A DNA stretch of 64,000 nt. It comes from a virus. The DNA is taken from positions 1 to 64,000 of the IMG/VR virus record IMGVR_UViG_3300026382_000002. One strand, 5' to 3'. Made by a program: the position numbers and the translations under genes. This document shows, in pieces, positions 52,774 to 61,528 of this stretch (its first letter is position 1; each line of letters begins with the position of its first letter). Under the pieces are notes generated by a model. The model had not been told where the DNA came from, ran no database searches, and saw nothing but the letters and a program-made list of their open reading frames with translations.

Positions 52774-53411
52774 GCTCCTCCAAGTCCTCCATTGATAAGA
52801 TTATCGATTCCTGTTTTAAGGTAATCAATATCACCTTTAAGATTATCGTAATCGTAATCAGTAGCATGGAATATTTCAGAAGTTACATCAATTTCACCAG
52901 CTTCGCTAGTTACTTGAACTTGATAATCTCCACCAGAAACAACACTTCCTGTTAGGTTTTCAGTGTTTACTACTACTCTATAATCACCAGAGTTACCAAC
53001 TTGAGTAATTTGTGCATCTGCAGTTTCATCATCATCAGTGTCAGCTACCACATTGCCTTTTAACGGCTTATAGAAAGTAATCGTGTCTCCCGTAACAAGT
53101 CTAATTTCTTTAAGTTCAGTTCCTTCAGATGTAGGAATAGATACTTTCATTCCAGCTTTAAATTTCGCACCGTCTCCTTCAACTAATGGAAGAATCTTGC
53201 TTCCTGCAGAAACATCAGCTGCAATTGTTCCGGTGGCAGGATTATCTATATTGTAGATAATTTCGCTCACTTCAACATTGTCAGTTTCGTTTGTAACATT
53301 TCCTGTTTGTAGGTCAACTAGAAAAATTTCCCAGTCGTTCAACCCCATTTTGTCTCTATCCGTTCCAATAACAAAATGGTTTATTCCAGGAACAGTCCAT
53401 AATGCTGCCAT
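52758..53411 (-). CDS. Hypothetical virion surface protein
   Basis: 217 aa, beta-rich with a D/T/G/V composition, and a highly expressed-type start (MAA) after SD AAAGGA. Confidence 0.45.
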   Translation of the reverse strand: MAALWTVPGINHFVIGTDRDKMGLNDWEIFLVDLQTGNVTNETDNVEVSEIIYNIDNPATGTIAADVSAGSKILPLVEGDGAKFKAGMKVSIPTSEGTELKEIRLVTGDTITFYKPLKGNVVADTDDDETADAQITQVGNSGDYRVVVNTENLTGSVVSGGDYQVQVTSEAGEIDVTSEIFHATDYDYDNLKGDIDYLKTGIDNLINGGLGGARIYI

Positions 53412-53444
53412 ATTTTATCCTTTCTTTGTTTTTTTTGCATTATT

Positions 53445-53453
53445 ATTATAACC
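53445..53453 (-). promoter_or_regulatory. -10 promoter-like box (GGTTATAAT)
   Basis: The reverse complement reads TTTTTTTTGGGTTATAAT. It lies 33 nt upstream of ATG 53411. Confidence 0.4.
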
Positions 53454-53484
53454 CAAAAAAAAGGTAGTTCAAAATGCAGCGAGA

Positions 53485-54927
53485 TTACATAAAAATTTTA
53501 GCCCCTGAAGAATCGTTTTCTATCACAATGGAGGTATCGTCTGTTGTTGTATCTTCTGTATCGTCTTCTTCTTCTACTCTGGAAACTTTAACAGATTCCC
53601 AATATACATTATTTTGTATTTTACAATACAATAAATATATTCCGTCTTGCCATATTTCTCCTGTTGAACTTTCTTCTGCTAATTCTCCTATCAAAAAAGA
53701 AACCCTATATAAAGATTCACCTATTTGGACTACTTCATACGGGTCTTCAATTTTATTATTATTTGATTTTCGTAATTCCACATTAGGTTTGATTTTACTG
53801 TTGATAAAAAAACTAAATATAGATTCCAATTTAGTATTTTTATCAGGAATTAAATAAACACTTGGACTTGCATCAGAGGTAGTGTTATTATTTTCGAAAT
53901 CCAGATAAGAGTCTACGTCTATAGTGAAAGGTTTGTTCGGCACGACGCTAAAGGTTATACTATTATTTATAGTAATAGAATATTCCTTGTATCTAATTTC
54001 TCTGTCTTTGTTTTTTTCTATATAAATCAAATCGGTGTAATTTCTATCTTTCAACACAAACATATCAATTGTTTCATCTTGATAAGTAATTTTTATTATA
54101 ATGTTTTCATTCGTGTATTTAAAGTTGATTCTGTTTTTAACGATTATAGTGCTCTTATTGTCCTCAAAATACACATTTAAACCATCAATAACAGGGTTTA
54201 TTAAAGATAAAGTCTTTTTTTCTGTATGGGATTCGCAATATATTAAATTATTATAGTTATGTGCCCTAAAGTCTTCTATTACGCAATCTCCAGAAATTGC
54301 GGGATTGAAATATAAAGCATATCCATCGTCTGACACATTATTTACAGAAATGTTTTTGAGAAGACCTATCTTACCCAAAACACTTATTGAACCATATTTT
54401 GTTTTAGCATTTAAATATTTTGTATTTTTCACATACGAATTGTTGCCCGAAATTCTTCCAAAACCTATTATTAAACAATCCTCTATTTCAACTAGTTGTT
54501 TGTCTGGAGAATTAAAAAACCCCCAGAAACATGGAGCCTCTATATAAGAACCATATAAAAATAAATTTCCTGACAATGTATAAATATCATCTTTCTTTTT
54601 GCAACCAAAACCATAACCTAAAGAAAGATTTGGAGCATAAAAATAACATCCATTTAAAACCTTGTTGTTTTGTTTACTGCCTAATCTAAAAAATGAATTT
54701 TCATACACCTGAAAATAAGACGATGTTACTTCTACAGAAACGTTTTCATCTTCCAAAGACGCAGCGCTATCTTTTCCTATATAAAAATCAAAATCAAAAA
54801 AATAACTTCTGTCACCTATTTTTTTTGCTTTGTTTCGATAATAGCTATTTGCTACCTTTTTGAACACATCTTCAAAAGAATAGCTTCCCCCATCAATATA
54901 AATAGAACTAGAGGTAACAGAAATCAT
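53485..54927 (-). CDS. Hypothetical tail-associated protein
   Basis: 480-aa ORF, N/Y/F-rich and repetitive, with an acidic C-terminal tail. Confidence 0.4.
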   Translation of the reverse strand: MISVTSSSIYIDGGSYSFEDVFKKVANSYYRNKAKKIGDRSYFFDFDFYIGKDSAASLEDENVSVEVTSSYFQVYENSFFRLGSKQNNKVLNGCYFYAPNLSLGYGFGCKKKDDIYTLSGNLFLYGSYIEAPCFWGFFNSPDKQLVEIEDCLIIGFGRISGNNSYVKNTKYLNAKTKYGSISVLGKIGLLKNISVNNVSDDGYALYFNPAISGDCVIEDFRAHNYNNLIYCESHTEKKTLSLINPVIDGLNVYFEDNKSTIIVKNRINFKYTNENIIIKITYQDETIDMFVLKDRNYTDLIYIEKNKDREIRYKEYSITINNSITFSVVPNKPFTIDVDSYLDFENNNTTSDASPSVYLIPDKNTKLESIFSFFINSKIKPNVELRKSNNNKIEDPYEVVQIGESLYRVSFLIGELAEESSTGEIWQDGIYLLYCKIQNNVYWESVKVSRVEEEDDTEDTTTDDTSIVIENDSSGAKIFM

Positions 54928-54939
54928 GTTACCTCTTTT

Positions 54940-55086
54940 TTATTTGTTTATGTGTTTATGGAAAGTTTTAAGTCTTATGTAAGCTGCTTTTTTTAGTAAT
55001 TCAATTGTGGGCACATCTGATTTTAGAATAGCTTTAGAAGTTTTTAACTCTTCAGCTATTTTTAATAGTTCTTTTTTTGTCTCCAT
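54940..55086 (-). CDS. Small ORF (48 aa) absent from the track; paralog of 58841..58999
   Basis: SD AAGGAAAAACAATG. The product is METKKELLKIAEELKTSKAILKSDVPTIELLKKAAYIRLKTFHKHINK. It fills an otherwise unexplained 168-nt gap. Confidence 0.45.
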   Translation of the reverse strand: METKKELLKIAEELKTSKAILKSDVPTIELLKKAAYIRLKTFHKHINK

Positions 55087-55095
55087 TGTTTTTCC

Positions 55096-55602
55096 TTATA
55101 CTTCAATACCAAGCGCTTGTAGGAATGATTTAGCTGCTCTCTCACCAAAAACATCAGCTGTTTTTTCAAGGTCAGCCAATTCAAGCAATGAATCGTATGC
55201 TATTTTTTCTAATTCTGCATCAATTTCTTCTCCAGCTACACTCGCTTCTTTTGCTAACATTTTTGATTCTTCTCTCAAAACCGTAACAACATCTTCTTCA
55301 CTTGCTATTTTAGTAAAAGGGATTCCTTTTTCTTTTTTTATTGGTGCTGTAGGTTCAGTTGTTGACCCTGGTCTATCTATCACATTGTTTATTTTGTGCT
55401 CATTTTCAAGCCTTTTTAAAATTCCACTTGGGGCTCTTCCCTCAGACACTTTAACGGTTTCTTTTGGTGCTTTTTTTACAGAATCCGGATTTTCTGTCGG
55501 GAATTGAGGTTTGTTGTCATCTGGGTTGGCCATCGCCATTTTCTGAAGGTCTTTTTCCGCTGAATCCACTATTTGCGCAAGAATTTCGTTTCTGTTTTGC
55601 AT
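55096..55602 (-). CDS. Hypothetical head-associated (scaffold/internal-like) protein
   Basis: 168 aa, charged, with SD AAAGGA. It contains MLAKEAS. Confidence 0.5.
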   Translation of the reverse strand: MQNRNEILAQIVDSAEKDLQKMAMANPDDNKPQFPTENPDSVKKAPKETVKVSEGRAPSGILKRLENEHKINNVIDRPGSTTEPTAPIKKEKGIPFTKIASEEDVVTVLREESKMLAKEASVAGEEIDAELEKIAYDSLLELADLEKTADVFGERAAKSFLQALGIEV

Positions 55603-55627
55603 TTTTTGTTCCTTTTTTTTTGGATAT

Positions 55628-55636
55628 ATTATAGCA
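55628..55636 (-). promoter_or_regulatory. Extended -10 promoter-like box (TGCTATAAT)
   Basis: The reverse complement reads TTTTGCTATAAT. It lies 25 nt upstream of ATG 55602. Confidence 0.5.
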
Positions 55637-55651
55637 AAACTTTTAATTTTT

Positions 55652-55660
55652 TGGTAAAAT
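55652..55660 (+). promoter_or_regulatory. Extended -10 promoter-like box (TGGTAAAAT)
   Basis: TTTTTTGGTAAAAT lies 20 nt upstream of ATG 55681. Confidence 0.5.
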
Positions 55661-55680
55661 CATTTAAAAAAGGATGTTTT

Positions 55681-55953
55681 ATGATTAAGACCACTTATAT
55701 ATCGCTTATTGAAAAGATTTCAGCAGATACTAATCTGAATAAAAAAACCGTTAGAAAAGTTATGGATTCTTTTATTAGTGCAGTATTAAATCTTAAGGAT
55801 GAAGGTGATACACTATACCTGAAAAATCTCGGAAAATTTACAGTTAAAAAAAGAGCCCAGAGGATTATAAAACTAAACAAAGAGGGTGACAAAGTGAAAG
55901 AAGAAATTATTCCTGAAAGATTGGCTATCACTTTCAAAAGAACTGGGAGCTAA
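55681..55953 (+). CDS. HU/IHF-family DNA-binding protein
   Basis: 90 aa starting at the internal ATG 55681, after SD AAAAAAGGA. KKTVRKVMDSFISAV...LKNLGKFTVKKRAQR...IPERLAITFKRTG fits the HU/IHF pattern. Confidence 0.75.
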   Translation: MIKTTYISLIEKISADTNLNKKTVRKVMDSFISAVLNLKDEGDTLYLKNLGKFTVKKRAQRIIKLNKEGDKVKEEIIPERLAITFKRTGS

Positions 55954-55954
55954 C

Positions 55955-56194
55955 ATGGGTGGGGCTTTAAGTCTTTTGGGTAAAGGTATTTCTTTTGGAG
56001 CTAATACTGGTAGAAAAGCAATTAATACGATAAAAAATTCAGCGTTCACTGGAATTACAAACCCTCTTAAAACAAAGACAGGTAAGGCATTAACTATGTT
56101 TACAGTAGGACAAGGATTGTTTAGCCCAGGTACTTCCAATAAAGAGATTACAGGCTTAATCCAACAACAGTCATCAAAATATTTTGGCAAATAA
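55955..56194 (+). CDS. Small Gly-rich hypothetical protein
   Basis: 79-aa ORF starting 1 nt after the HU stop. Confidence 0.45.
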   Translation: MGGALSLLGKGISFGANTGRKAINTIKNSAFTGITNPLKTKTGKALTMFTVGQGLFSPGTSNKEITGLIQQQSSKYFGK

Positions 56195-56438
56195 AATGAC
56201 TCTGACAACATTTAGAGATAAATTGTTTATGCTTCAAGAGCAAAAAGCTTTAACAAATAACGAGATAAAGTTTTTAAATTTGTTTAATACTGTGGAGCAA
56301 ATATATAACATTATAAAAAGCGCAGCTAACGATTCCAAAGAGTTTACAATTAACAATATTAATATTGAGATTATTTCTGATTATAAGTCAGAAACAGAAA
56401 GTATATGGCTTAAAATTTTAAACGCCGCAATTAATTAA
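56184..56438 (+). CDS. Small hypothetical protein
   Basis: 84-aa ORF overlapping the upstream gene. Confidence 0.45.
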   Translation: MANKMTLTTFRDKLFMLQEQKALTNNEIKFLNLFNTVEQIYNIIKSAANDSKEFTINNINIEIISDYKSETESIWLKILNAAIN

Positions 56439-56448
56439 GGAGAAAGCA

Positions 56449-56745
56449 ATGTTTGGAAATGACAGTTTTAATGATTTACACAAAATTATAAATAGTAGTG
56501 CCGAAAGGGCATATTCTTCAGTAAGCGGAATTCCTAAAATACAAAGAGAAAGTTCAACTGCTAGTGGGCTAAAATGGCAATCTAAATTTTTTTTTATAGC
56601 GGAACAAACAAGTGCGGATGAGTATGCTAATTTTATGACCAATATTATTCAAAACCCTGAGAAATACACTCTTATAAGAGAAGAAAAGAACTGGACTCCA
56701 AGTGGAGAATTAATTAGATTGGTAGAATACTTAGAAAAATCTTAA
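56449..56745 (+). CDS. Small hypothetical protein
   Basis: 98-aa ORF with SD AAGGAGAAAGCAATG. Confidence 0.5.
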   Translation: MFGNDSFNDLHKIINSSAERAYSSVSGIPKIQRESSTASGLKWQSKFFFIAEQTSADEYANFMTNIIQNPEKYTLIREEKNWTPSGELIRLVEYLEKS

Positions 56746-58220
56746 AAGGTCTTATCGTATTCATTACACCAATATTTATAGGCAATATCAAAACTCAAAC
56801 AAGAAGTATCTCCAAAAAGTTTAGTTATGATAGTTTCGTACATTGCCTTATAGTCGTCAAATGTGGCATTATTTGCTGTTACCCATGATTTGTGAGCCTT
56901 ATTTATCGTATTAAATATTATATTTATTGGCCCATACAGATTCATTGTCGCATTATCTGTAAAATCCCTACACGTCCCCAGTATTGCATTCAACAAAAAG
57001 AATCTTTTTAATGCGTCATTTTGCTCTAGGTTTGCCACTTGAGAATTTGCTTCTGACAAATATCTTTTTAACACAGTTGTTATATCACTCTCTATCAATG
57101 TCTCATTGTCACTTGCTATTGATACGATTTCGCTCATTTTCCCAATTAAAGTATATCCCTCCATAGGTAATCCTTCCGGAACGGGAAATAGATAAGGCGA
57201 AAAATATTTATATAGACTAGTGTTAGGAGTAGCGGGGCCCAATCTGTTAACTATATGAAAACAAACATCTATTCTTGGGTCAAAAGAAGAAACATTAGTT
57301 TTGTATGCGTTTAAATTAAACCCTGTCTCCCCATATCTGAGACCAATACATTTTGAAGGGTCAATAGAGCCGATTACAACAGATAAGCCATCTTCGGCAT
57401 TTTTCATTACCATTGATAATACTGATTCCATAACTCCTGAACTATCCGAGATATCATTTTTCAACAATTCAGTTCCAATAGAGTATACATATTCTATTAT
57501 GCTATTGTCTGCTTGTTCTGAAGTTGTATAAGGAAATGGAAGAAACACCTTTTCAAACTTTTCATACACACCTGTACCAGCTTCAGCTGTAACAGCAGAA
57601 ACAATTTCATTGATTGCATTAATAGCATCTTTTTTGATATCAGGACTTGATACTGCCTTAATCATCAGTCTAGCAATAGGTAGTAAATTAGGATTGTTTG
57701 GATAGGCCAAATCTATAAAAGCGGGAGCATATTTTGAACAAATATCGCCTCTTTCTTTAATAAAGTTTTCTGTATATGAGATTATCATCGCTCCAGAATA
57801 CCCCATGCTATTTACACTTTTTAGCATATTTTCTATTTCTGTAGTATCATCAAACAATTCTTCCATCAAGTCAAATATGTCAGGTAGGGTTACGATTGTA
57901 CTGTTGATATAGTAATTGAGCAGTTGCATTAGCAGATTGTCGCCCTTGCTGTTTGTTTGCTGTTTCAAAATTATGCCTGCACTATCTTTTGAATTTACAA
58001 TATCTCTTAATGTATCTTTTATTTTATCTTCACCAAATAAAACACTGTCATCTTTAATAGTGTTTAGTGCAGCTACACACAACCATCCAGCACCTGTCAT
58101 ATCCGCAGTAGATGTAGACTGTCCACTAAAAGCATCAATTCCAAGATTGTTCTTTAGTGCCTCTATTGCTTCCGGATTAAATCTATCTGTTACAAGGTTT
58201 ATTAAATTTTCTACCGCCAT
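56742..58220 (-). CDS. Hypothetical protein
   Basis: 492-aa ORF behind consensus box 58239-58247. Its 3' end overlaps the convergent gene by 4 nt. Confidence 0.55.
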   Translation of the reverse strand: MAVENLINLVTDRFNPEAIEALKNNLGIDAFSGQSTSTADMTGAGWLCVAALNTIKDDSVLFGEDKIKDTLRDIVNSKDSAGIILKQQTNSKGDNLLMQLLNYYINSTIVTLPDIFDLMEELFDDTTEIENMLKSVNSMGYSGAMIISYTENFIKERGDICSKYAPAFIDLAYPNNPNLLPIARLMIKAVSSPDIKKDAINAINEIVSAVTAEAGTGVYEKFEKVFLPFPYTTSEQADNSIIEYVYSIGTELLKNDISDSSGVMESVLSMVMKNAEDGLSVVIGSIDPSKCIGLRYGETGFNLNAYKTNVSSFDPRIDVCFHIVNRLGPATPNTSLYKYFSPYLFPVPEGLPMEGYTLIGKMSEIVSIASDNETLIESDITTVLKRYLSEANSQVANLEQNDALKRFFLLNAILGTCRDFTDNATMNLYGPINIIFNTINKAHKSWVTANNATFDDYKAMYETIITKLFGDTSCLSFDIAYKYWCNEYDKTF

Positions 58221-58238
58221 AATGTCCCTTTTTGCAAA

Positions 58239-58247
58239 ATTATACCA
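58239..58247 (-). promoter_or_regulatory. Extended -10 promoter-like box (TGGTATAAT), consensus
   Basis: The reverse complement reads TATGGTATAAT. It lies 18 nt upstream of ATG 58220 and overlaps the stop of the upstream gene. Confidence 0.5.
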
Positions 58248-58863
58248 TAATACATTTCTCAGGGACTAATTTTATATTTCCTTTTTTGTTAACAAACATA
58301 TAGTAATTATTGTTAGTGTCAATATCTTGAACTAAATAATGGTTCGAGCATTCCTTTATGATTATTTTTTTTTCATCAGTATCAAACATAAATGTTTTTA
58401 TGGTTTGAGCTAAAATCCCTTCATTTGCCATACAATATTTATGACCAAACAGCGAAGCTTTTATGTAAAGAGTGTTCTTTCTTACAAACAATTTATAATT
58501 ATTTCTTGTGTTTTCTGTATAGAAATCAACTTTTACTTTTTTAACTCCAGGTGTATGAATATCTATCAATTTCCATAAAGAGCTATCGTTTTTCTTGACT
58601 ATAATAGTATGTTCATCTATTACATCAAAAGATGAAATCTTATAACCTTTATTCCCTTTAAAAATTTTAATTGATATTAATTTTTTATTACACATTATTG
58701 GTTTTGTAGTTTTTATAATACCGAAATTATTAACGTCACATATTTCCGAATATTTCAAGAGTAAGGAATTATTGTTTAATTTTTCAATAAGTTTAAAAAT
58801 ATTTAGTGGCGCTTTTATTTCTGTATTTTTTTTTAAAAAATCAAATAACCCCATTTTTAGCAT
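58240..58863 (-). CDS. Hypothetical protein
   Basis: 207-aa ORF. The true start may be the second Met (MGLFDFLKK, ATG at 58854). Confidence 0.55.
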   Translation of the reverse strand: MLKMGLFDFLKKNTEIKAPLNIFKLIEKLNNNSLLLKYSEICDVNNFGIIKTTKPIMCNKKLISIKIFKGNKGYKISSFDVIDEHTIIVKKNDSSLWKLIDIHTPGVKKVKVDFYTENTRNNYKLFVRKNTLYIKASLFGHKYCMANEGILAQTIKTFMFDTDEKKIIIKECSNHYLVQDIDTNNNYYMFVNKKGNIKLVPEKCIMV

Positions 58864-58999
58864 CTCTTTCTAATTCTTTGACTATTAAATATTGTTCTAT
58901 ACTTTTAGCTGCGGCATATTTTTTAATATAGTAGTCTTTTGCAGTTTTTTTTACTTCTTCAGCTATTTTTAAAAAAAATTCTTTTGTTTGTTTATCCAT
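58841..58999 (-). CDS. Small ORF (52 aa) absent from the track; paralog of 54940..55086
   Basis: SD AAAAGGATTACAATG. The product is MDKQTKEFFLKIAEEVKKTAKDYYIKKYAAAKSIEQYLIVKELERDAKNGVI. Confidence 0.45.
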   Translation of the reverse strand: MDKQTKEFFLKIAEEVKKTAKDYYIKKYAAAKSIEQYLIVKELERDAKNGVI

Positions 59000-59010
59000 T
59001 GTAATCCTTT

Positions 59011-59964
59011 TCAAGAATTTGCAAATGCAGCAATATTAGTAGCTACTTTACCTGTTTCTTTACCTTCAAAAAACGAATACGGTTGTTTTGCTGCTAATAA
59101 TGCAATTATACTCTTTTCTGGATTGTTTTTAAAGTATTTTGCAATTTCTAAACTTTTCTCCCCAACTTTTGAAATTTCTTTTTTCACAGGGATTAAAAGT
59201 TTTAACTCTTCTATAAGTTCACTTACTTTTGCAACTTTTTGCAATTCATATCTAGTTACATCTTGCATAAAATCCGAATTTATAATTTCTTGAGTATTAT
59301 ATTTACAAGCAACCATTACGTCTTCTGCTGTTTCATCATCTCCAGCTATTTTCACAAGGTCACGTATAACAGCTTTAGCTACTCCTGGAGATATGTTAGC
59401 TATTTTTGTAAGCTCATTAACAATTTTGTATCTTTCATTTTCTATTTTATAAGAGGCTTCTTTTATTAATTCTTCATTGCGAATATCTTCATGCAATTTT
59501 TTTTGATAAAAAGCTACTTTTTCCAACTCTTCTGTATCATCAAATTGGTCTGCTACTAAATGAATTTCTTCAAAAGGGCTATATTCCTCATTGCCATAGG
59601 CAAACATATCTGGCGTTACAATTACATTAGCATTTTCATATGAAGCTGCTTTTTCTATTGAAGAGTCGTTTTGTTTTAGTGGTATTGGTTCATTGAATGG
59701 GACATCAACCCATTGTTCGGCTTCATCAACTATAGGCTCCATGAGTTGGAAGTTTTCATGATGTGTCCCCTCTTTTAGTTTATCAAGAAAAGATAAAATG
59801 TTGTATTCTTCGACAACCCTTTGCTTCCAATTGGGGTTCAACTGATATTCGCTAGCAAGTTTTTCCAACAGCACGGTTGGACTTTCACCCGTTTCATTAG
59901 TTTGATTTAATATTTGTTGTGCATAATTCACTACTCTTTGTCTGTTGCGGTCAATAAAAAACAT
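59011..59964 (-). CDS. Scaffold-like / head assembly protein candidate
   Basis: 317 aa, acidic and helical, directly downstream of the capsid gene. It contains LIKEAS. Confidence 0.4.
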   Translation of the reverse strand: MFFIDRNRQRVVNYAQQILNQTNETGESPTVLLEKLASEYQLNPNWKQRVVEEYNILSFLDKLKEGTHHENFQLMEPIVDEAEQWVDVPFNEPIPLKQNDSSIEKAASYENANVIVTPDMFAYGNEEYSPFEEIHLVADQFDDTEELEKVAFYQKKLHEDIRNEELIKEASYKIENERYKIVNELTKIANISPGVAKAVIRDLVKIAGDDETAEDVMVACKYNTQEIINSDFMQDVTRYELQKVAKVSELIEELKLLIPVKKEISKVGEKSLEIAKYFKNNPEKSIIALLAAKQPYSFFEGKETGKVATNIAAFANS

Positions 59965-60025
59965 AGTTTAGCCTTTATATAAAATCGAGACATTAATACA
60001 ACCAATCATATTAGCTGTATTAATA

Positions 60026-60039
60026 CCTCCAAAAGGAGG
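60026..60039 (-). terminator. Short GC hairpin just downstream of the capsid gene
   Basis: On the minus strand it reads CCTCC-TTTT-GGAGG. The T-tail is poor. A second AT-rich inverted repeat lies at about 59992-60025. Confidence 0.3.
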
Positions 60040-60045
60040 GCTTGA

Positions 60046-60978
60046 TTAAGCTAGTTTAATTTTACAAACACCTTTAGTGTTTATAAATCCAGCTCCAAGT
60101 GAACCGTATGTCCACATTGTCATCATATCAGCTTCAGTTTTAATTACAAGAGTATGGTCTTGTAGGATGAAAAATCTTCCAAAGTAATCCTGAGGTGCAA
60201 CAATATACATTTCATCATCTTTTACAAGGTCATTTTTAATAGTATCAATCACAGGAATACCGAAAAGTTTATCAATACCAAGAGTTCCTTGCTCCCAGTT
60301 TTTAGAAACGTTTGCGTCACCAATTTCAATCATACCTAGATTTACTAAATCAGCTTTTAGTGTTTGGCTCATTAGAAATTTAGGTTTAGGTGCATTTGGC
60401 CCTGTAGGAATCATTTGTAATCTTGAAAGCATTTTAATAAGAATACTGATGTTTTCTTTTGTAAGTCCACCAGATACTTCTTGATATTGTGCTCCAGGAT
60501 TCTCAGCTTCAGCATCTGTAATGATTTTGTTGAACGCTTCTATGAAAGTTTCGTCTTCAACTTTTTGAGCTTCCTGAACGAACCTTTTTTCAAGTATTTG
60601 AGTGTAAGGCGTTTTTGAAGTCATTAATTCAAATTTAGATTTATTTAATCTTTGTGTTTCAATTTTTTGAAATAGAACTACCGGATTTTCTCTTTCCCAA
60701 TATTTTTGCTCACCTTGGCCTCTGAATGGAACCGTGAACCCTTTTGCTTCAACATCTTTCTCTAAGATGATTGCTGGTTGTTCACTTCCACTTACCCTAT
60801 CAAGGTCTGCAGCAGTTACAGTTTTTGGCTCTATCAATCTTCTTGCAAAACCAAGTTCTCTTACTCTTTCTCTAATAAAATAAGTACTGTTGTCCATTGC
60901 TTGCTTTAATAGCGATGCATCATTTGCAGCTTTAACAAGCCCTGCGTTAGTTTTTATAGTAGGTACTTCAATTTTCAT
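60046..60978 (-). CDS. Major capsid protein (HK97-fold type)
   Basis: 310 aa. The size, composition and position (after the small head proteins, before the scaffold-like gene) all fit. The C-terminus ...MWTYGSLGAGFINTKGVCKIKL is typical of this family. Confidence 0.65.
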   Translation of the reverse strand: MKIEVPTIKTNAGLVKAANDASLLKQAMDNSTYFIRERVRELGFARRLIEPKTVTAADLDRVSGSEQPAIILEKDVEAKGFTVPFRGQGEQKYWERENPVVLFQKIETQRLNKSKFELMTSKTPYTQILEKRFVQEAQKVEDETFIEAFNKIITDAEAENPGAQYQEVSGGLTKENISILIKMLSRLQMIPTGPNAPKPKFLMSQTLKADLVNLGMIEIGDANVSKNWEQGTLGIDKLFGIPVIDTIKNDLVKDDEMYIVAPQDYFGRFFILQDHTLVIKTEADMMTMWTYGSLGAGFINTKGVCKIKLA

Positions 60979-60989
60979 CTTTCATCCTT

Positions 60990-61379
60990 TTAGTAATTTA
61001 CTCTTACATCAAACGATGTGTCGGTCATGTTTGTTACATAGCCCCACACTACTGTGTGTGTCTCATCAAGTTTTGCTGGTTTTCCTTTAACTACAGTTAC
61101 CGGGTCTCCAACGTTTACATCAGTAGGTGCAGGTTCATAAAATCTTACAACAAAATTGCTTACATAAACAGGAATTTTTCCGCTTGGTTTAACTACCCCA
61201 GTTGCGTCATAGTTTGATTCAATTGCGATACCGCATTCTATATGTTCTGTCTCAAGTGTAACCTTTTGACCATCAAGACCTATAATGTCTCCGACTTCAA
61301 CTTTTACAGTCGAATCTGAAGCATATAAGTCTTCATGACCAAAGGTTCTATACCCTCTGATTATGTCAATGTTTTTCAT
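60990..61379 (-). CDS. Small beta-rich head accessory protein candidate
   Basis: 129-aa ORF immediately upstream of the capsid gene. It shows a vague DUF2190-like pattern. Confidence 0.35.
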   Translation of the reverse strand: MKNIDIIRGYRTFGHEDLYASDSTVKVEVGDIIGLDGQKVTLETEHIECGIAIESNYDATGVVKPSGKIPVYVSNFVVRFYEPAPTDVNVGDPVTVVKGKPAKLDETHTVVWGYVTNMTDTSFDVRVNY

Positions 61380-61412
61380 CTGGCTTTCCTTTTTTAAAGT
61401 TTTTACAAGAAT

Positions 61413-61422
61413 ATTTTATACA
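61413..61422 (-). promoter_or_regulatory. -10-like box (TGTATAAAAT)
   Basis: The reverse complement reads TTTGTATAAAAT. It lies about 33 nt upstream of ATG 61379. Confidence 0.3.
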
Positions 61423-61434
61423 AATTACAGCGTA

Positions 61435-61460
61435 ATACAAAATACAGCGTTTTTTCGCTG
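61435..61460 (-). terminator. Short hairpin plus T-rich tail after the 92-aa gene
   Basis: On the minus strand it reads CAGCG-AAAAAA-CGCTG followed by TATTTTGTATT. Confidence 0.35.
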
Positions 61461-61462
61461 GA

Positions 61463-61502
61463 TTTTAGAGGGGTGTTTTTTAGAGGATATCGAATTTTAG
61501 GG
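61463..61502. repeat. Three direct copies of TTTTAG(A)GG
   Basis: Copies lie at 61463-61471, 61478-61486 and 61495-61502, spaced 15 and 17 bp apart. Confidence 0.6.
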
Positions 61503-61528
61503 AATTATAGGAAGAAAAAAGAGGAAGA

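Noticed and set aside
53474-53857. 127-aa plus-strand ORF
   Set aside because: It lies entirely inside the 3' part of minus-strand gene 53485..54927 and is Ser-rich antisense sequence.
55007-55507. 166-aa plus-strand ORF antisense to 55096..55602
   Set aside because: Its S/F/A-rich low-complexity translation is typical of the antisense frame of a K/E-rich gene, and it has no SD. The minus-strand gene has an SD and a promoter box.
55573-55680. N-terminal extension of the HU-like ORF (126-aa version)
   Set aside because: The extension is F/L-rich junk spanning the divergent promoter region. The HU homology, SD and -10 box all point to ATG 55681.
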